NCBI RefSeq assembly: GCF_001194135.2 | Contig: NC_068995.1 | Span: forward strand, 33,145,489-33,209,488 | From: Octopus bimaculoides | Lineage: Eukaryota | Length of the DNA: 64,000 bases | Direction: 5' to 3' | Shown here: positions 1 to 11,470 of the stretch, piece by piece | How positions within the stretch are numbered: the stretch's first letter is position 1 | Layout: every line of letters starts with the position of its first letter | Program-made: the position numbers and the translations under genes | The notes under the pieces: model-generated | What the model was told of the DNA's origin: nothing | Seen by the model: the letters and a program-made list of their open reading frames with translations, nothing else | Database searches by the model: none

Positions 1-974
1 CTATCATTGATACTCCTAGAAGTCTCACCAATGTATGACTCTGGGTTAGTCGCGCAAGCTCCTTCTTGTCACTTAATAAAAAGTTAATAGCTTTTAAAGT
101 TTGCAATTTTTGGATAATTATAGCCAATCGAAAACCACAAACATATTGGTACCTGTTTCCATAGTAACAAACCATATACTGTTTAAACTACAACTACATG
201 AATCATCTTTACCTGTCTATTTTCTTTGACAAGTGCCTCTTTTCTGAACGTTTGTACTACCTCATTTTTGTCATTTTCACCTGTATTTTTATTTTTTTTA
301 TTTTTAAGAAACAAAAGGATATTGTCAGTTGATGTCCTGTCATTAGTTCATTTTCATAATTTTGAACTGTGTATTCTCCTGGACTTTTTCAACTTGCATA
401 AAAAAAAGATATAACCGCAGCCAACTCTTTTAATCTTTCGAATTTTGATGGAGAAATTGAAAACCAAGGAGGATGTAGTTTTTTACTTGCAAAAGAAGGG
501 TGTTATCACTAAAAGAAAATTATGTACAAAAAGACACATTATGAACAAGAAGATGCTTCATAGGAAAATTTACTGGCAGTGCTTCTGAAAAGGATACAAT
601 GCGTGTGTGTCTGTCAAAGATACATGATTGGAAAATGGCACCCTTCCTCTTAGGGCTGTACTGCTTTTTACCTGTACTCATGGATCAAGGAATTTACTTC
701 AGTCTGGTTTGGTGTCAAAGAACTGGGGATGAGCCATTGCACAGCTATTGATTACAGCAGTTTGTTCATGAAATATGTGTGGATAACCTACTCTGCAACG
801 CAGTTCAGATGGATGGTCCTGGGAAAATTGTTGAGATAGACAAAACAATCTTCCCAAGATGTAAATACAACTGAGGAAGGGTGTTTGCTATCCAAGCAGT
901 GAGCTTGCAGAGGAGTGTGTTGTGAGACCAGACATGTTTTCCTTTATGTGGCACCCCATCGCAACACACTAGAA

Positions 975-1239
975 CAGTGGTTCCCAACCCGCAGTTTATG
1001 GACCCCCGGTGGTCCGCAAAGATAGTACTGGAGGTCTGTGAACTAAAATCAAAATTTCGTGTGTGTATATATCATCATCATCATCATCATCGTTTAACGT
1101 CCGCTTTCCATGCTAGCATGGGTTGGACGATTTGACTGAGGGCTGGTGCAACCGGATGGCTACACCAGGCTCCAATCTAATTTGGCAGAGTTTCTACAGC
1201 TGGATGCCCTTCCTAACGCCAACCACTCAGAGAGTGTAG

Positions 1240-1280
<41 letters not shown>

Positions 1281-1376
1281 TACATACATACATAAGGATA
1301 AGAATATCCTGGGGTCTATGGGAAAACTAATTTAAATAAAAGGGGTCCTTGGTAGTGAAAAGGTTGGGAACTACTG
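975..1376. mobile_element. hAT (Charlie-like) MITE
   Basis: TIR CAGTGGTTCCCAACC (975-989) vs reverse complement of GGTTGGGAACTACTG (1362-1376), 14/15. 8-bp TSD CACTAGAA (967-974) / AACTAGAG (1377-1384) with central CTAG. Confidence 0.85.
1072..1240 (-). mobile_element. 5'-truncated RTE LINE 3' tail nested in the hAT MITE
   Basis: Reverse complement of the 3' end seen at 13510-13675, including the (TGA)n tail. Confidence 0.8.
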
Positions 1377-1762
1377 AACTAGAGGAATGTATACGTCAGT
1401 CAGGTCTAGGAACCACAATTTTCAGTGAGTTGTGGACTCCTGAAATTGATGATTATAATTTTTGACATAGAACAGAGCACCATAGCATTGTGTTTATTGA
1501 CTCAAAAGAGTATAGTTTGTATTTTTGTAATTTTATGCAAAAATTTTTTTTAAATCATTGCAGATTTTTCCTTATTATTTTGTTTACATACCTCTTCTAA
1601 CATTTCACATAACTTTATTTGTTGAAACTTAATAAAAACTTCAAAGCTTCTTACAAGTTTGCCGCCGTAATGTTGTCATAAACAGCTATTGTGCACAAAA
1701 TGCCAGCTTCCAAATCCTGTTTTCTGATTGGGTAAAAATTATCAAACTTTAAGCCTCAGTAA

Positions 1763-2714
1763 CATTTTTCAAAAATTTTTTCTAAAACAAATGAATAACA
1801 AAATCTGATTCAGCATGAAAAATTACATCTATATAGCAAATTTTTTAATTTTCACTTAATTTAAAAATTTTTTAAACTGTGACAGCAACAATAAAAATTC
1901 TGAACTGTTATTATTAACATTAGATATAAGCATTTTTCATTTTATTAATACAAAATATTTTTTATAGATGTAATCTTTTTACATTTATAGATGTGAGTCA
2001 TGTGTGTGTGTGTGACTCTCATACAGTAAGTGATGCTTAAATTGATCACCATTTTCAATTGATTTTATTGAACCAATGAGAAACCAAATATTTTTTCAGC
2101 CATGCTGGTTATGTATACCAGAACTAAAAGACTTTCACTTAACTCTTTAACATTCACATTCGTCTATTAAATGTAATGCTTATTGATTTACATTATTTTG
2201 AATTATTCACACATTATCCTGTAGCTTCATTATTTCAATGATGTGGTTATTTATTTTTAGAATAACATATTAGGGTAGGTGTGAGAAGCCAGATCTGGCC
2301 AGTTTGAACACAAAACAGGTAGAATATCTGGGCCAGATATGGTTGGTTTAAATGCTAAAGGATGACTTTACTCTACTTTACTTTGACAAGATGGTTGCAA
2401 GCTTTTGTTTCACTCTCATACCAAGTAGAACATAATGAAATCAACACAAGCTTTGTAGCTGGTGTAAAATATTAGAGATGTGATATACAGAAAAAGACAT
2501 CAAATTGCAGTGTCTCATTTTCAATAAATTGCCATACTTTACATATTGAATTCTCTTCACTTTGATTCAGTACATGTTCTTGAATTAAAAAGCTTATTTT
2601 GTGACTCAAACTTTAAACCTCTGTATCATTTTTCAAAAAATTTTTCTAGAACAAATGAAAAACAAAATCTGATTCAGCATGAAAAATTACATCTATATAG
2701 CAAATTTTTTAATT
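1763..2714 (+). repeat. 88-bp direct repeat (1763-1850 and 2627-2714)
   Basis: About 3 mismatches by eye (…aatctgattcagcatgaaaaattacatctatatagcaaattttttaatt). Confidence 0.85.
2143..2361 (+). mobile_element. TTAA-flanked (piggyBac-type) MITE; a second copy lies in opposite orientation at 60321-60545
   Basis: The two copies are homologous along their length. TTAA at 2139-2142, 60317-60320 and 60546-60549; short TIRs are degenerate. Confidence 0.6.
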
Positions 2715-2740
2715 ATACTTATATTTAAAAGGCCAATGTA

Positions 2741-3121
2741 CAGGGTGTCCACAAAGTTTGGGTACATGGAGTAAATAAAATCATGAATTGGAAGAAGGGA
2801 TCATGTGGAATGGTCCCCTCGTTCACCAGACCTTTCTCCCCTTCTTTTTCTGGGCTATGGTGAATGAGAAAGTTTACTCAATAAAGATTACAGATTTAAA
2901 CCACATGAGATAACGCATTACCAGTCAGTGTACTGAAATTGATGGCAATGTAAACTTATTTAATCGAGTTCACCTGAATTTTGCAAGGTGCATCAAGTTA
3001 TGCATTGAAAATGATGGAAATCATTTTGAAAATACTATTTATTAACATTAAAATTAAATAAAATTGTTTTGTTTTAAAAGTATGTGTTAATCCCATGTAC
3101 CCAGACTTTGTGGACACCCTG
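2741..3121 (+). mobile_element. Tc1/mariner internal-deletion derivative
   Basis: 29-bp TIRs CAGGGTGTCCACAAAGTTTGGGTACATGG (28/29), TA at both ends. Transposase C-terminus W.PRSPDLSP..FFWAMVNEKVY…NDGNHFE. Confidence 0.9.
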
Positions 3122-3291
3122 TATAATACATGCTTTACAAAATAGAGGAGTACCAGGACTTCCAATATACTCTAGGATCAAAAAAGAGCTTTACAGTCTG
3201 TCATAGTCAAATTTAAGCTCCCACCTACCAAATGACCTGCACAGTTTTTTTCTTTTCTTTTGTGGATGTAAACTTAAATAGTATTTTGCAG

Positions 3292-3357
3292 TTGAAAATG
3301 GAGATGGCCAAGTTACTTGTGGAACATGCTAACTTCCATGTGCAATCTGAAAACAGT
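3292..3357 (+). CDS. Candidate coding exon LKMEMAKLLVEHANFHVQSENS (vaguely ankyrin-like)
   Basis: ttttgcAG acceptor, 66 nt open frame, GTAAAT donor. No homology confirmed. Confidence 0.25.
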
Positions 3358-3424
3358 GTAAATTATTTATCTCTCTAAGGTTTAACATATTTATGCTTCT
3401 TTAGGTGTTTCAGTCTCAATGATA

Positions 3425-3668
3425 ACACATGATAAGAAAGGCATGACATTGGTTTCAAATTTTGGCACAAGGCCAGCAATTTTGAAGGAGATGGGTCAGT
3501 TGATTGCATCAACCCCGGTGCTCTACTGGTACTTACTTTGTTGACTCTGAAAGGATGAATGGTAAAGTCAGCCTTAGCGGAATTTGAACTCAAAATGTAA
3601 AGATGGATGAAATGCCACTAAGCATTTTGCCCAATGTGATTACAATTCTGCCAGCTCACTGCCTTTGA
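3425..3668 (-). mobile_element. tRNA-derived SINE family 2 (other copies at about 18905-19110 -, 37840-38050 -, 41183-41375 +, 41800-42005 -, 42725-42925 -, 61490-61690 +)
   Basis: Repeated core gagttcaaattccgccgaggtcgactttgcctttcatcctttcggggtcgataaattaagtacc with a B-box-like GTTCAAAT. Confidence 0.8.
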
Positions 3669-4669
3669 AAGGCATCATATTGACATCTTTAAAACAAGTG
3701 GAGAAGCAACAATTGTCCTAGGAGAGACAGTATATAAAAGAAGGTGTATCTTGCTAGTAAGCAGATGTTCACTATATTGAGGAATTTTAGCTTTGATGTC
3801 ATCAATCCATAACACTTTCTTGTTCTTTTGGCACTACCGCCTTTCACTTCCACTTGATTGCCTCTTCTAGACATTGTGAATAACTACACTGAATATATTT
3901 GTAGTTAAATCCAACAGCCGCAGAGACAGGCGAGAAGTCCACACCAAATAGTAAAACAGTAAAATCCAAGGAAAGTGGTGATGTTCTGCATAAAAAAACC
4001 CCAGTTATTTTATTACTTTGAATGCAACAAATCACACACACACACACATGCACGTGCGCACACATACACATTTGATGTGACATTTTAATATGTCCAACTG
4101 CTTCTCTTACCATTTTAATGCCATTCTCTATAGATTTTTATTGCTTAAATTTTTAATGGAGTGGAGGAGTGATGCTGAAAGGTAGGTGTTGTACAATGTG
4201 GGAGGAATTAATGTATGATTAAAGTTAGTAACAAGACCTAAGGCAAGAATTTTGAGAACAAAACAAACGAAGGTAAGTTGAATTGGAGCACACGTAAATA
4301 TGGTAGGCATGTAAGGGGAGTGAATAGTTATTCGCAAAAAAGTTTGGAGCAATGGAAAACAAAGAATGGGAGAGGAGGAGGTCTCAAGCAGGTGTTAGCA
4401 ATAATCTTTAGAACAGAGAAAAATAAAACAAAAATTTTTAAGGAAAGCTGCAAATAAATTTTTAATCAAAGGGGTTGAGTGAATTTCTTCTTAACAATAC
4501 AAGAAATGATGACTCTATTTAATACATGATAAATAACAGGGAAGCGATCTGAACATATGAAACTACTTCACTTTAATAAAATGTTTAAAAGGACAGAAGT
4601 TTATATACCTGGCTTCCTAATGTATACCTTTCTTTCTAAGTTAGTCACAATAAGAAAGACTTGCTGATA

Positions 4670-5030
4670 TACAAAAGACAATCCTGGAGTGTCTGTAACA
4701 TGTTTGACATCTTGCAAACAAGTATTTCAAAGTCAAAACAAGGTTGGCCTTCTTCAAGGTGTGTGTAGAGAACATTTTCCTTTATGGAGCTGAAGAAGGG
4801 ACTTCAACATCACAGTGACAGCACATACACCCATACACCAAGCTTCTCATGAAAGCTTAAAACACCTCATACCTGAACATGAAACCAAAGAGAAGATTTA
4901 TGAACACGTTCCACCCAGCTCTACTATTGTTATGCAAGGTAGGGTAGGCTTTGCTGGCTTCTGTTATTGTGTTCAACACCAGACCACATCAGATGTTATA
5001 TTTTGGAAACTTCCATACCATAATAGATGA
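4670..5030 (+). mobile_element. Decayed RTE-like LINE RT C-terminus
   Basis: FFKVCVENIFLYGAE…TKEKIYEHVPPSSTIVMQGRVGFAGFCY…DVIFWK, with frameshifts. Confidence 0.65.
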
Positions 5031-5052
5031 CTAATAAAAAATTACTCAACTA

Positions 5053-5214
5053 GGCACAGGAGTGGCTGTGTGGTAAGTAGCTTGCTTACCAACCACATGG
5101 TTCTGGGTTCAGTCCCACTGCATGTCACCTTGGGCAAGTGTCTTCTACTATAGCCTCGGGCCGACCAAAGCCTTGTGAGTGGATTTGGTAGACGGAAACT
5201 GAAAGAAGCCCGTC

Positions 5215-5261
<47 letters not shown>

Positions 5262-5495
5262 CATGTGATGTGTGTGTGTGTATGTTTGTGTGTTTGTGTT
5301 TGTCCCCCTAGCATTGCTTGACAACTGATGCTGGTGTGTTTATGTCCCCGTCACTTAGCAGTTCGACAAAGAGAGACCGATAGAATAAGTACTAGGCTTA
5401 CAAAGAATAAGTCCCGAGGTCAATTTGCTCGACTAAAGGTGGTGCTCCAGCATGGCCACAGTCAAATGACTGAAACAAGTAAAAGAGTAAAAGAG
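5053..5495 (+). mobile_element. tRNA-derived SINE family 1 with internal (TA)n/(TG)n (other copies at about 13690-14015 +, 29320-29510 +, 34730-34865 -, 46225-46615 -, 48095-48280 -, 53465-53795 -, 61065-61480 +)
   Basis: A-box-like TGGCTGTGTGG and B-box-like GGTTCAGTCCC, shared body, tail aaaagagtaaaagag; many copies in the window. Confidence 0.85.
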
Positions 5496-5816
5496 TATAT
5501 TGAAGTTATTAGCAGAAATGCACAACATGAAATTGAAGAACTACAAAAGCTTGTCAGGTGGGGCAGAAATTCCTGGTGTGGCATGGGGAAATGCATATCA
5601 GGATGGACACGAGGAGGATGGTGTAGAAGCCATGGTGGCAGTGACAACAGTGGTGCTTGATGATGATGATGATGATGAAGATGCATAAAGGTTCCTATGC
5701 GCATAATATGGTATATACACTTCTTTCCTTCTTCAATTCCTCCTTAGAAATATATTCTTATAATGCTTCTTTTATTATTGATCTTTCTTCTTCCTCTTCC
5801 CCTCTTCACTACCTAG

Positions 5817-5868
5817 TTTTTCAAATGTGTCAAGCACTGACCACTTCTGCTTTCAACTGGTTTCCCAG
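5817..5868 (+). CDS. Candidate 52-nt exon (FSNVSSTDHFCFQLVSQ or FQMCQALTTSAFNWFP)
   Basis: Long polypyrimidine tract ending in ctAG; donor CAG|GTAATT; two open frames. Confidence 0.3.
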
Positions 5869-6296
5869 GTAATTTTTACAGGCAATGTAGAAGTCATAGG
5901 TAGTCACATGAACATCATGCTTGATAGTGCATGGACTAACATTGCACTTTTAAATACACATCTAAGGCACTAACACATACACATTTGTGTATACGATATT
6001 TTCCCTTTACTAACAAGTAACATGTACGCTAATATATCATTGTCAAGCATTCATAAATTTATGGAAGTGTTTCCAGTCTTGTATACAGAATCATCTATTC
6101 ATGCATAAATACATAATTACCCACACACAATTATCCACACATAATCATCCACGCACTCTCTCTCTCTCTTTCTCTTTCTCACACACACACACACATACAC
6201 ATATCATCATCATCATTGTCATCATTTAATAACCATTTTCCATGTTCACATGGTTGGACAGTTTGACAGGAGCTGGCTAGCCAACATATATGCATA

Positions 6297-6357
<61 letters not shown>

Positions 6358-6423
6358 TGTCCATTTTTTCCTGTCTTGGTTTGTGTTTGCCACCTTCGAA
6401 TCCTCTGTTTAGTGGGTCGATCC

Positions 6424-6510
6424 ACTACTCAGGAAGAGACCATTCTAGAGTACGTTCTGCCTTATCTTCGAAACGTCTAGTTAGAATAGAGGCAGCTGAC
6501 GAAGGATTAA
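6424..6510 (+). ncRNA. Degenerate hammerhead-like motif (probable Penelope-type end)
   Basis: ACTA-CTCAGGA…GAAAC-GTC-TAGT (core one substitution from CUGAGGA); a second CTGACGAAGG at 6496-6505 has no GAAA partner. Confidence 0.35.
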
Positions 6511-7410
6511 TTCCAAGTGGCTATCTGTTTTCCTATGTGTTTGTTCCGTGGTCTGTAGTTCATTGTTCTAACATCCTGTACCCTGATATGCATCTATATG
6601 CACATGTAGATGTAAGTATGTACATATATGTGTGTATACATGCATATATATATATATATATATATATAGATAGATAGATATATNNNNNNNNNNNNNNNNN
6701 NNNNNNNNNNNNNNNNNNNNNNNNNNNNNNNNNNNNNNNNNNNNNNNNNNNNNNNNNNNNNNNNNNNNNNNNNNNNNNNNNNNNNNNNNNNNNNNNNNNN
6801 NNNNNNNNNNNNNNNNNNNNNNNNNNNNNNNNNNNNNNNNNNNNNNNNNNNNNNNNNNNNNNNNNNNNNNNNNNNNNNNNNNNNNNNNNNNNNNNNNNNN
6901 NNNNNNNNNNNNNNNNNNNNNNNNNNNNNNNNNNNNNNNNNNNNNNNNNNNNNNNNNNNNNNNNNNNNNNNNNNNNNNNNNNNNNNNNNNNNNNNNNNNN
7001 NNNNNNNNNNNNNNNNNNNNNNNNNNNNNNNNNNNNNNNNNNNNNNNNNNNNNNNNNNNNNNNNNNNNNNNNNNNNNNNNNNNNNNNNNNNNNNNNNNNN
7101 NNNNNNNNNNNNNNNNNNNNNNNNNNNNNNNNNNNNNNNNNNNNNNNNNNNNNNNNNNNNNNNNNNNNNNNNNNNNNNNNNNNNNNNNNNNNNNNNNNNN
7201 NNNNNNNNNNNNNNNNNNNNNNNNNNNNNNNNNNNNNNNNNNNNNNNNNNNNNNNNNNNNNNNNGCAGACAGTGTATTCCGTTGATTAATTTGTTTATTT
7301 TATAACTAAAATGACAAAAACCACAATATACAGATGCTTATGACATACCATGTCATATTAACAATTAAGGTTACAAATATAAAGTACATTTAGCAATTGG
7401 AGAATATACA

Positions 7411-7546
7411 GAAACTTACAGCTGTTTCGGCCTAGCGTTGGCATGCCCCATTCTATCTCTATAGCTCTTGTGCGCCGGAGTAATTAGCAGATGAAAATGA
7501 TGTAATGGGGGTACATGCATGATTCGCTAGGCCTCTTCAGAGATTC
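7411..7546 (-). ncRNA. Type I hammerhead ribozyme with long stem II
   Basis: Minus strand: GAATCT-CTGAAGA-GGCCTAGCG…CGCTAGGCC-GAAAC-AGCT-GTA-AGTTTC. Stem II base 9/9, stem I 5/6, palindromic stem III ACAGCTGT. Confidence 0.85.
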
Positions 7547-8450
7547 ACAAAATTCAATACAAATATAAAATAAAAAATAAAAATAAAAATAAATGAAAAA
7601 TGAAAATATAAAAATATAAGGCACATAAAAAGCCTACAAACAGTACATAAGACCATATAAATAGTTTTAAACACTCCAATGCACATGCCTGTGCTTGTGT
7701 ACATAACCATACGTAGATATCTATGGATACAAAAGCATAGATAGATGAGTACATATGTGTGCCCCTGGGCACACATATATACTCACCTATCTACGTAGAT
7801 GTACTCATCTATCTACAAGAGGCCATCGCCTCTAGCTAGCTATATGACACATGAACCTGTGTCCATTATAACCTTCAAACAGAGGAGGTCAGCCGCTTCC
7901 CCTTGCTGGTCTGGCATCTACAGACTAGTTTCAGGGTATTTACATCTTATCAATGTAAAGCACACACACAAACACACACACACATATATATACCCATATC
8001 ATCAAAAGTGTGGACAGTTTTATTAATGATAGAAAATGGTGCATCAACACAATGGGGAAAACCATTAATAAATGTCAACAATGTAGTAAGTAAATGTACA
8101 TACACAGATTTGAGGTGCTTGAAGAATCAGATATGATTGTAATGTCTTGGTTGAAGATGTCATCCACTTAATGTGTGTGAGTGTATGTGTGTGTGTGTAT
8201 ACACACATACATATAGATAAATATAGGCATATATATATATATACACGCACGCACGAAAGCACACGCGCACGCACACACACAGAGTATCACACATCAGATG
8301 AAATGGAAGTGTGTGTGTGTGTGTGTGTGACAGAGAGAGAGAGAGAGAGAGGTTTGTTGTCATGTATACGTACATGCATAAATATGCATACATCTTTGTG
8401 TGTGTGTGTGTGTGTGTGTGCGTGTGTATGAGAGAGAGAGAGAGAGTAAA

Positions 8451-9485
8451 TCTATACTATATATAAAACAGAGATGTGTGTGTAATCGACTTCACCAAAT
8501 GCTTCCATACTTGTGATGCGTGAATAATTTGACCTCGGATAAATGTTAGGCTCTTCATTTGATTTTTTTTTATCTCTAATTGAAAATAAATAATATTGCT
8601 TTATNNNNNNNNNNNNNNNNNNNNNNNNNNNNNNNNNNNNNNNNNNNNNNNNNNNNNNNNNNNNNNNNNNNNNNNNNNNNNNNNNNNNNNNNNNNNNNNN
8701 NNNNNNNNNNNNNNNNNNNNNNNNNNNNNNNNNNNNNNNNNNNNNNNNNNNNNNNNNNNNNNNNNNNNNNNNNNNNNNNNNNNNNNNNNNNNNNNNNNNN
8801 NNNNNNNNNNNNNNNNNNNNNNNNNNNNNNNNNNNNNNNNNNNNNNNNNNNNNNNNNNNNNNNNNNNNNNNNNNNNNNNNNNNNNNNNNNNNNNNNNNNN
8901 NNNNNNNNNNNNNNNNNNNNNNNNNNNNNNNNNNNNNNNNNNNNNNNNNNNNNNNNNNNNNNNNNNNNNNNNNNNNNNNNNNNNNNNNNNNNNNNNNNNN
9001 NNNNNNNNNNNNNNNNNNNNNNNNNNNNNNNNNNNNNNNNNNNNNNNNNNNNNNNNNNNNNNNNNNNNNNNNNNNNNNNNNNNNNNNNNNNNNNNNNNNN
9101 NNNNNNNNNNNNTGTGTGTGTGTGTATACACACATACATAAATGTATACAAACATATTTACATAGACTCACGTGTTTATGCGCGCGCGCGTGCGTGGGGG
9201 TTCCACAATCGCCATTTATTTCAATTACTCTTGTGAGGATATTCACGTAAATCATTTTTTTCATTTAATCCCCATTTTAATTTTCGTAAAAGTTTCCAAG
9301 TACCAATGAGGCTTTTTGGCACATCTTCAATTTTCCCCATTCATGAGAGGCGCCCAGCCATCATTCATCTGAGAGTCCATCTACAGAATGTCCTCTCAAA
9401 TTTCTATACAGCATATTTTGCCCGTTTTTCTTCAAGTATATAAGCAACAATTTTATTCCCGAGCAACGCCGGGTGCCTCTGCTAG
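8451..9485 (+). mobile_element. Non-autonomous Helitron spanning a gap, with a Rep fragment
   Basis: A|TCTATACTAT 5' end; 3' hairpin CCCG-agcaacgc-CGGG followed by CTAG|T (9482-9486). 9299-9389 reads STNEAFWHIFNFP/IHERRPAIIHLRVHLQN (cf. Helitron S.NEAVWRIF.FPIHER.PAV.HLAVHLENG) with one frameshift. Confidence 0.8.
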
Positions 9486-9673
9486 TACTACATACACACC
9501 GTTCTCTCACTCTGTCTCACATACATACACACGCACACATACATCCATAAATGATGGATGCATATGACAACACACCCCTTGACTCACTCACACTCTGTCT
9601 CTTACAAACACACACATATATAAATATATACAAACGTATTTACAAAGACACACGTGTGTATGCGCGTGTGTGC

Positions 9674-9716
<43 letters not shown>

Positions 9717-9823
9717 CAGAGCCAGTGAAGGGGTGTGTCGACAATTATACGTACATACATAAATAGTCATACATTTGTTGTACGTATGTGTGAGAGAGAG
9801 AGAGAGAGTCACTGAAACATCTC

Positions 9824-9877
<54 letters not shown>

Positions 9878-10808
9878 GTGCAGATATACACACAGAAAAG
9901 ATGTATGCATATGTATTTATNNNNNNNNNNNNNNNNNNNNNNNNNNNNNNNNNNNNNNNNNNNNNNNNNNNNNNNNNNNNNNNNNNNNNNNNNNNNNNNN
10001 NNNNNNNNNNNNNNNNNNNNNNNNNNNNNNNNNNNNNNNNNNNNNNNNNNNNNNNNNNNNNNNNNNNNNNNNNNNNNNNNNNNNNNNNNNNNNNNNNNNN
10101 NNNNNNNNNNNNNNNNNNNNNNNNNNNNNNNNNNNNNNNNNNNNNNNNNNNNNNNNNNNNNNNNNNNNNNNNNNNNNNNNNNNNNNNNNNNNNNNNNNNN
10201 NNNNNNNNNNNNNNNNNNNNNNNNNNNNNNNNNNNNNNNNNNNNNNNNNNNNNNNNNNNNNNNNNNNNNNNNNNNNNNNNNNNNNNNNNNNNNNNNNNNN
10301 NNNNNNNNNNNNNNNNNNNNNNNNNNNNNNNNNNNNNNNNNNNNNNNNNNNNNNNNNNNNNNNNNNNNNNNNNNNNNNNNNNNNNNNNNNNNNNNNNNNN
10401 NNNNNNNNNNNNNNNNNNNNNNNNNNNNNNNNNNNNNNNNNNNNNNNNNNNNNNNNNNNNNNNNNNNNNNNNNNNNNNNNNNNNNNNNNNNNNNNNNNNN
10501 NNNNNNNNNNNNNNNNNNNNNNNNNNNNNNNNNNNNNNNNNNNNNNNNNNNNNNNNNNNNNNNNNNNNNNNNNNNNNNNNNNNNNNNNNNNNNNNNNNNN
10601 NNNNNNNNNNNNNNNNNNNNNNNNNNNNNNNNNNNNNNNNNNNNNNNNNNNNNNNNNNNNNNNNNNNNNNNNNNNNNNNNNNNNNNNNNNNNNNNNNNNN
10701 NNNNNNNNNNNNNNNNNNNNNNNNNNNNNNNNNNNNNNNNNNNNNNNNNNNTCCTGTGTCCTTATATTTATGAAGGGGAGACAAGCCTCCCACCCAGCCT
10801 AGTCTGCA

Positions 10809-10851
10809 TTCAGGGACATGTTTCTGAGTCATTGCTCGTCATCAGCCTGAA
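10809..10851 (-). ncRNA. Minimal type I hammerhead ribozyme
   Basis: Minus strand: TTCAGG-CTGATGA-CGAGCAATGACTCA-GAAAC-AT-GTC-CCTGAA. Stem I 6/6, GUC triplet, palindromic ACATGT. Stem II is weak (GAG/CTC with a C·A base mismatch). Confidence 0.8.
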
Positions 10852-10857
10852 ATAGCC

Positions 10858-11228
10858 GACCAGCTGGCTGAAAAAGCATGTCTAACCTTCGCAAATATAT
10901 ATATTTTCAGTGAAAACACATTCACTGGTTACAAAATTAGAAATGATCTAATTATAAATCTCACAGAGAGACATAAGCAGCAGGATATGTGTCAAGGCCA
11001 ACAGGAAGTGGTCCAGCTTCCTAGGGCTAAATAGCAGCAGTAGGATTCCCTTAATGGGTCTGTCACATTAAGTTGACAATATACAACTGCTTTATCATAA
11101 CTCTGCTGCTTATGTCTCTCTGTGAGATTTATAATTAGATCATTTCTAATTTTGTAACCAGTGAATGTGTTTTCACTGAAAATATATATATTTGTGAAGG
11201 CTAGACATGCTTTTTCAGCCAGCTGGTC
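10858..11228. repeat. Long inverted repeat: 126-bp arms (10858-10983 / 11103-11228) with a 119-bp spacer
   Basis: Arms 124/126 identical by eye; no TSD seen. Confidence 0.95.
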
Positions 11229-11470
11229 AAAGACTTCAGAGTGTCGTGTAGTTTTTGAAGTTATGTTGTGTTTTTGTGAACGAAGAACGTAAGTTGATGA
11301 ATATCGTTGTTGAAAATTGTTAAAAAATTGTTGAAGTTGCTGTTATTAGTTTGAAGTTTTGAAATTGCTGCTATTAATAATTGTTGAAGTATTGCTGTTG
11401 TTGTTCTGTGAAGTTTGTAATAACTACTAGTAACGCGGCAGCAGCTGGCAGGTGTCGGCCGGCCAACGAC

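Larger units (their letters stand above)
448..1520 (+). mobile_element. Decayed Merlin (ISXO2/IS1595-like) transposase, split by a MITE
   Basis: Reads MEKLKTKEDVVFYLQKKG..., then GPGKIVEIDKTIFPRCKYN*GR (from 815; cf. Merlin GGPGKIVEIDES.F.KRKYNRGR). It resumes after 1384 as EECIRQSGLGTTIFSELW...HRTEHHSIVFID (cf. PGTTI.SD.W...H.TVNHS..FVD). Stops and frameshifts are present. Confidence 0.8.

Noticed and set aside
3844-4000. CpG-containing stretch as an exon
   Set aside because: Plausible frames on both strands (LNPTAAETGEK… on plus; NITTFLGFYCF… on minus) with nothing to choose between them.
5462-5704. His-rich and acidic ORFs on both strands
   Set aside because: Driven by (GAT)n, partly overlapping a SINE tail; no splice or homology support.
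7818-7840. GAGGC-catc-GCCTC-tagctag as a Helitron 3' end
   Set aside because: No spacer between hairpin and CTAG, and no matching 5' TC end.
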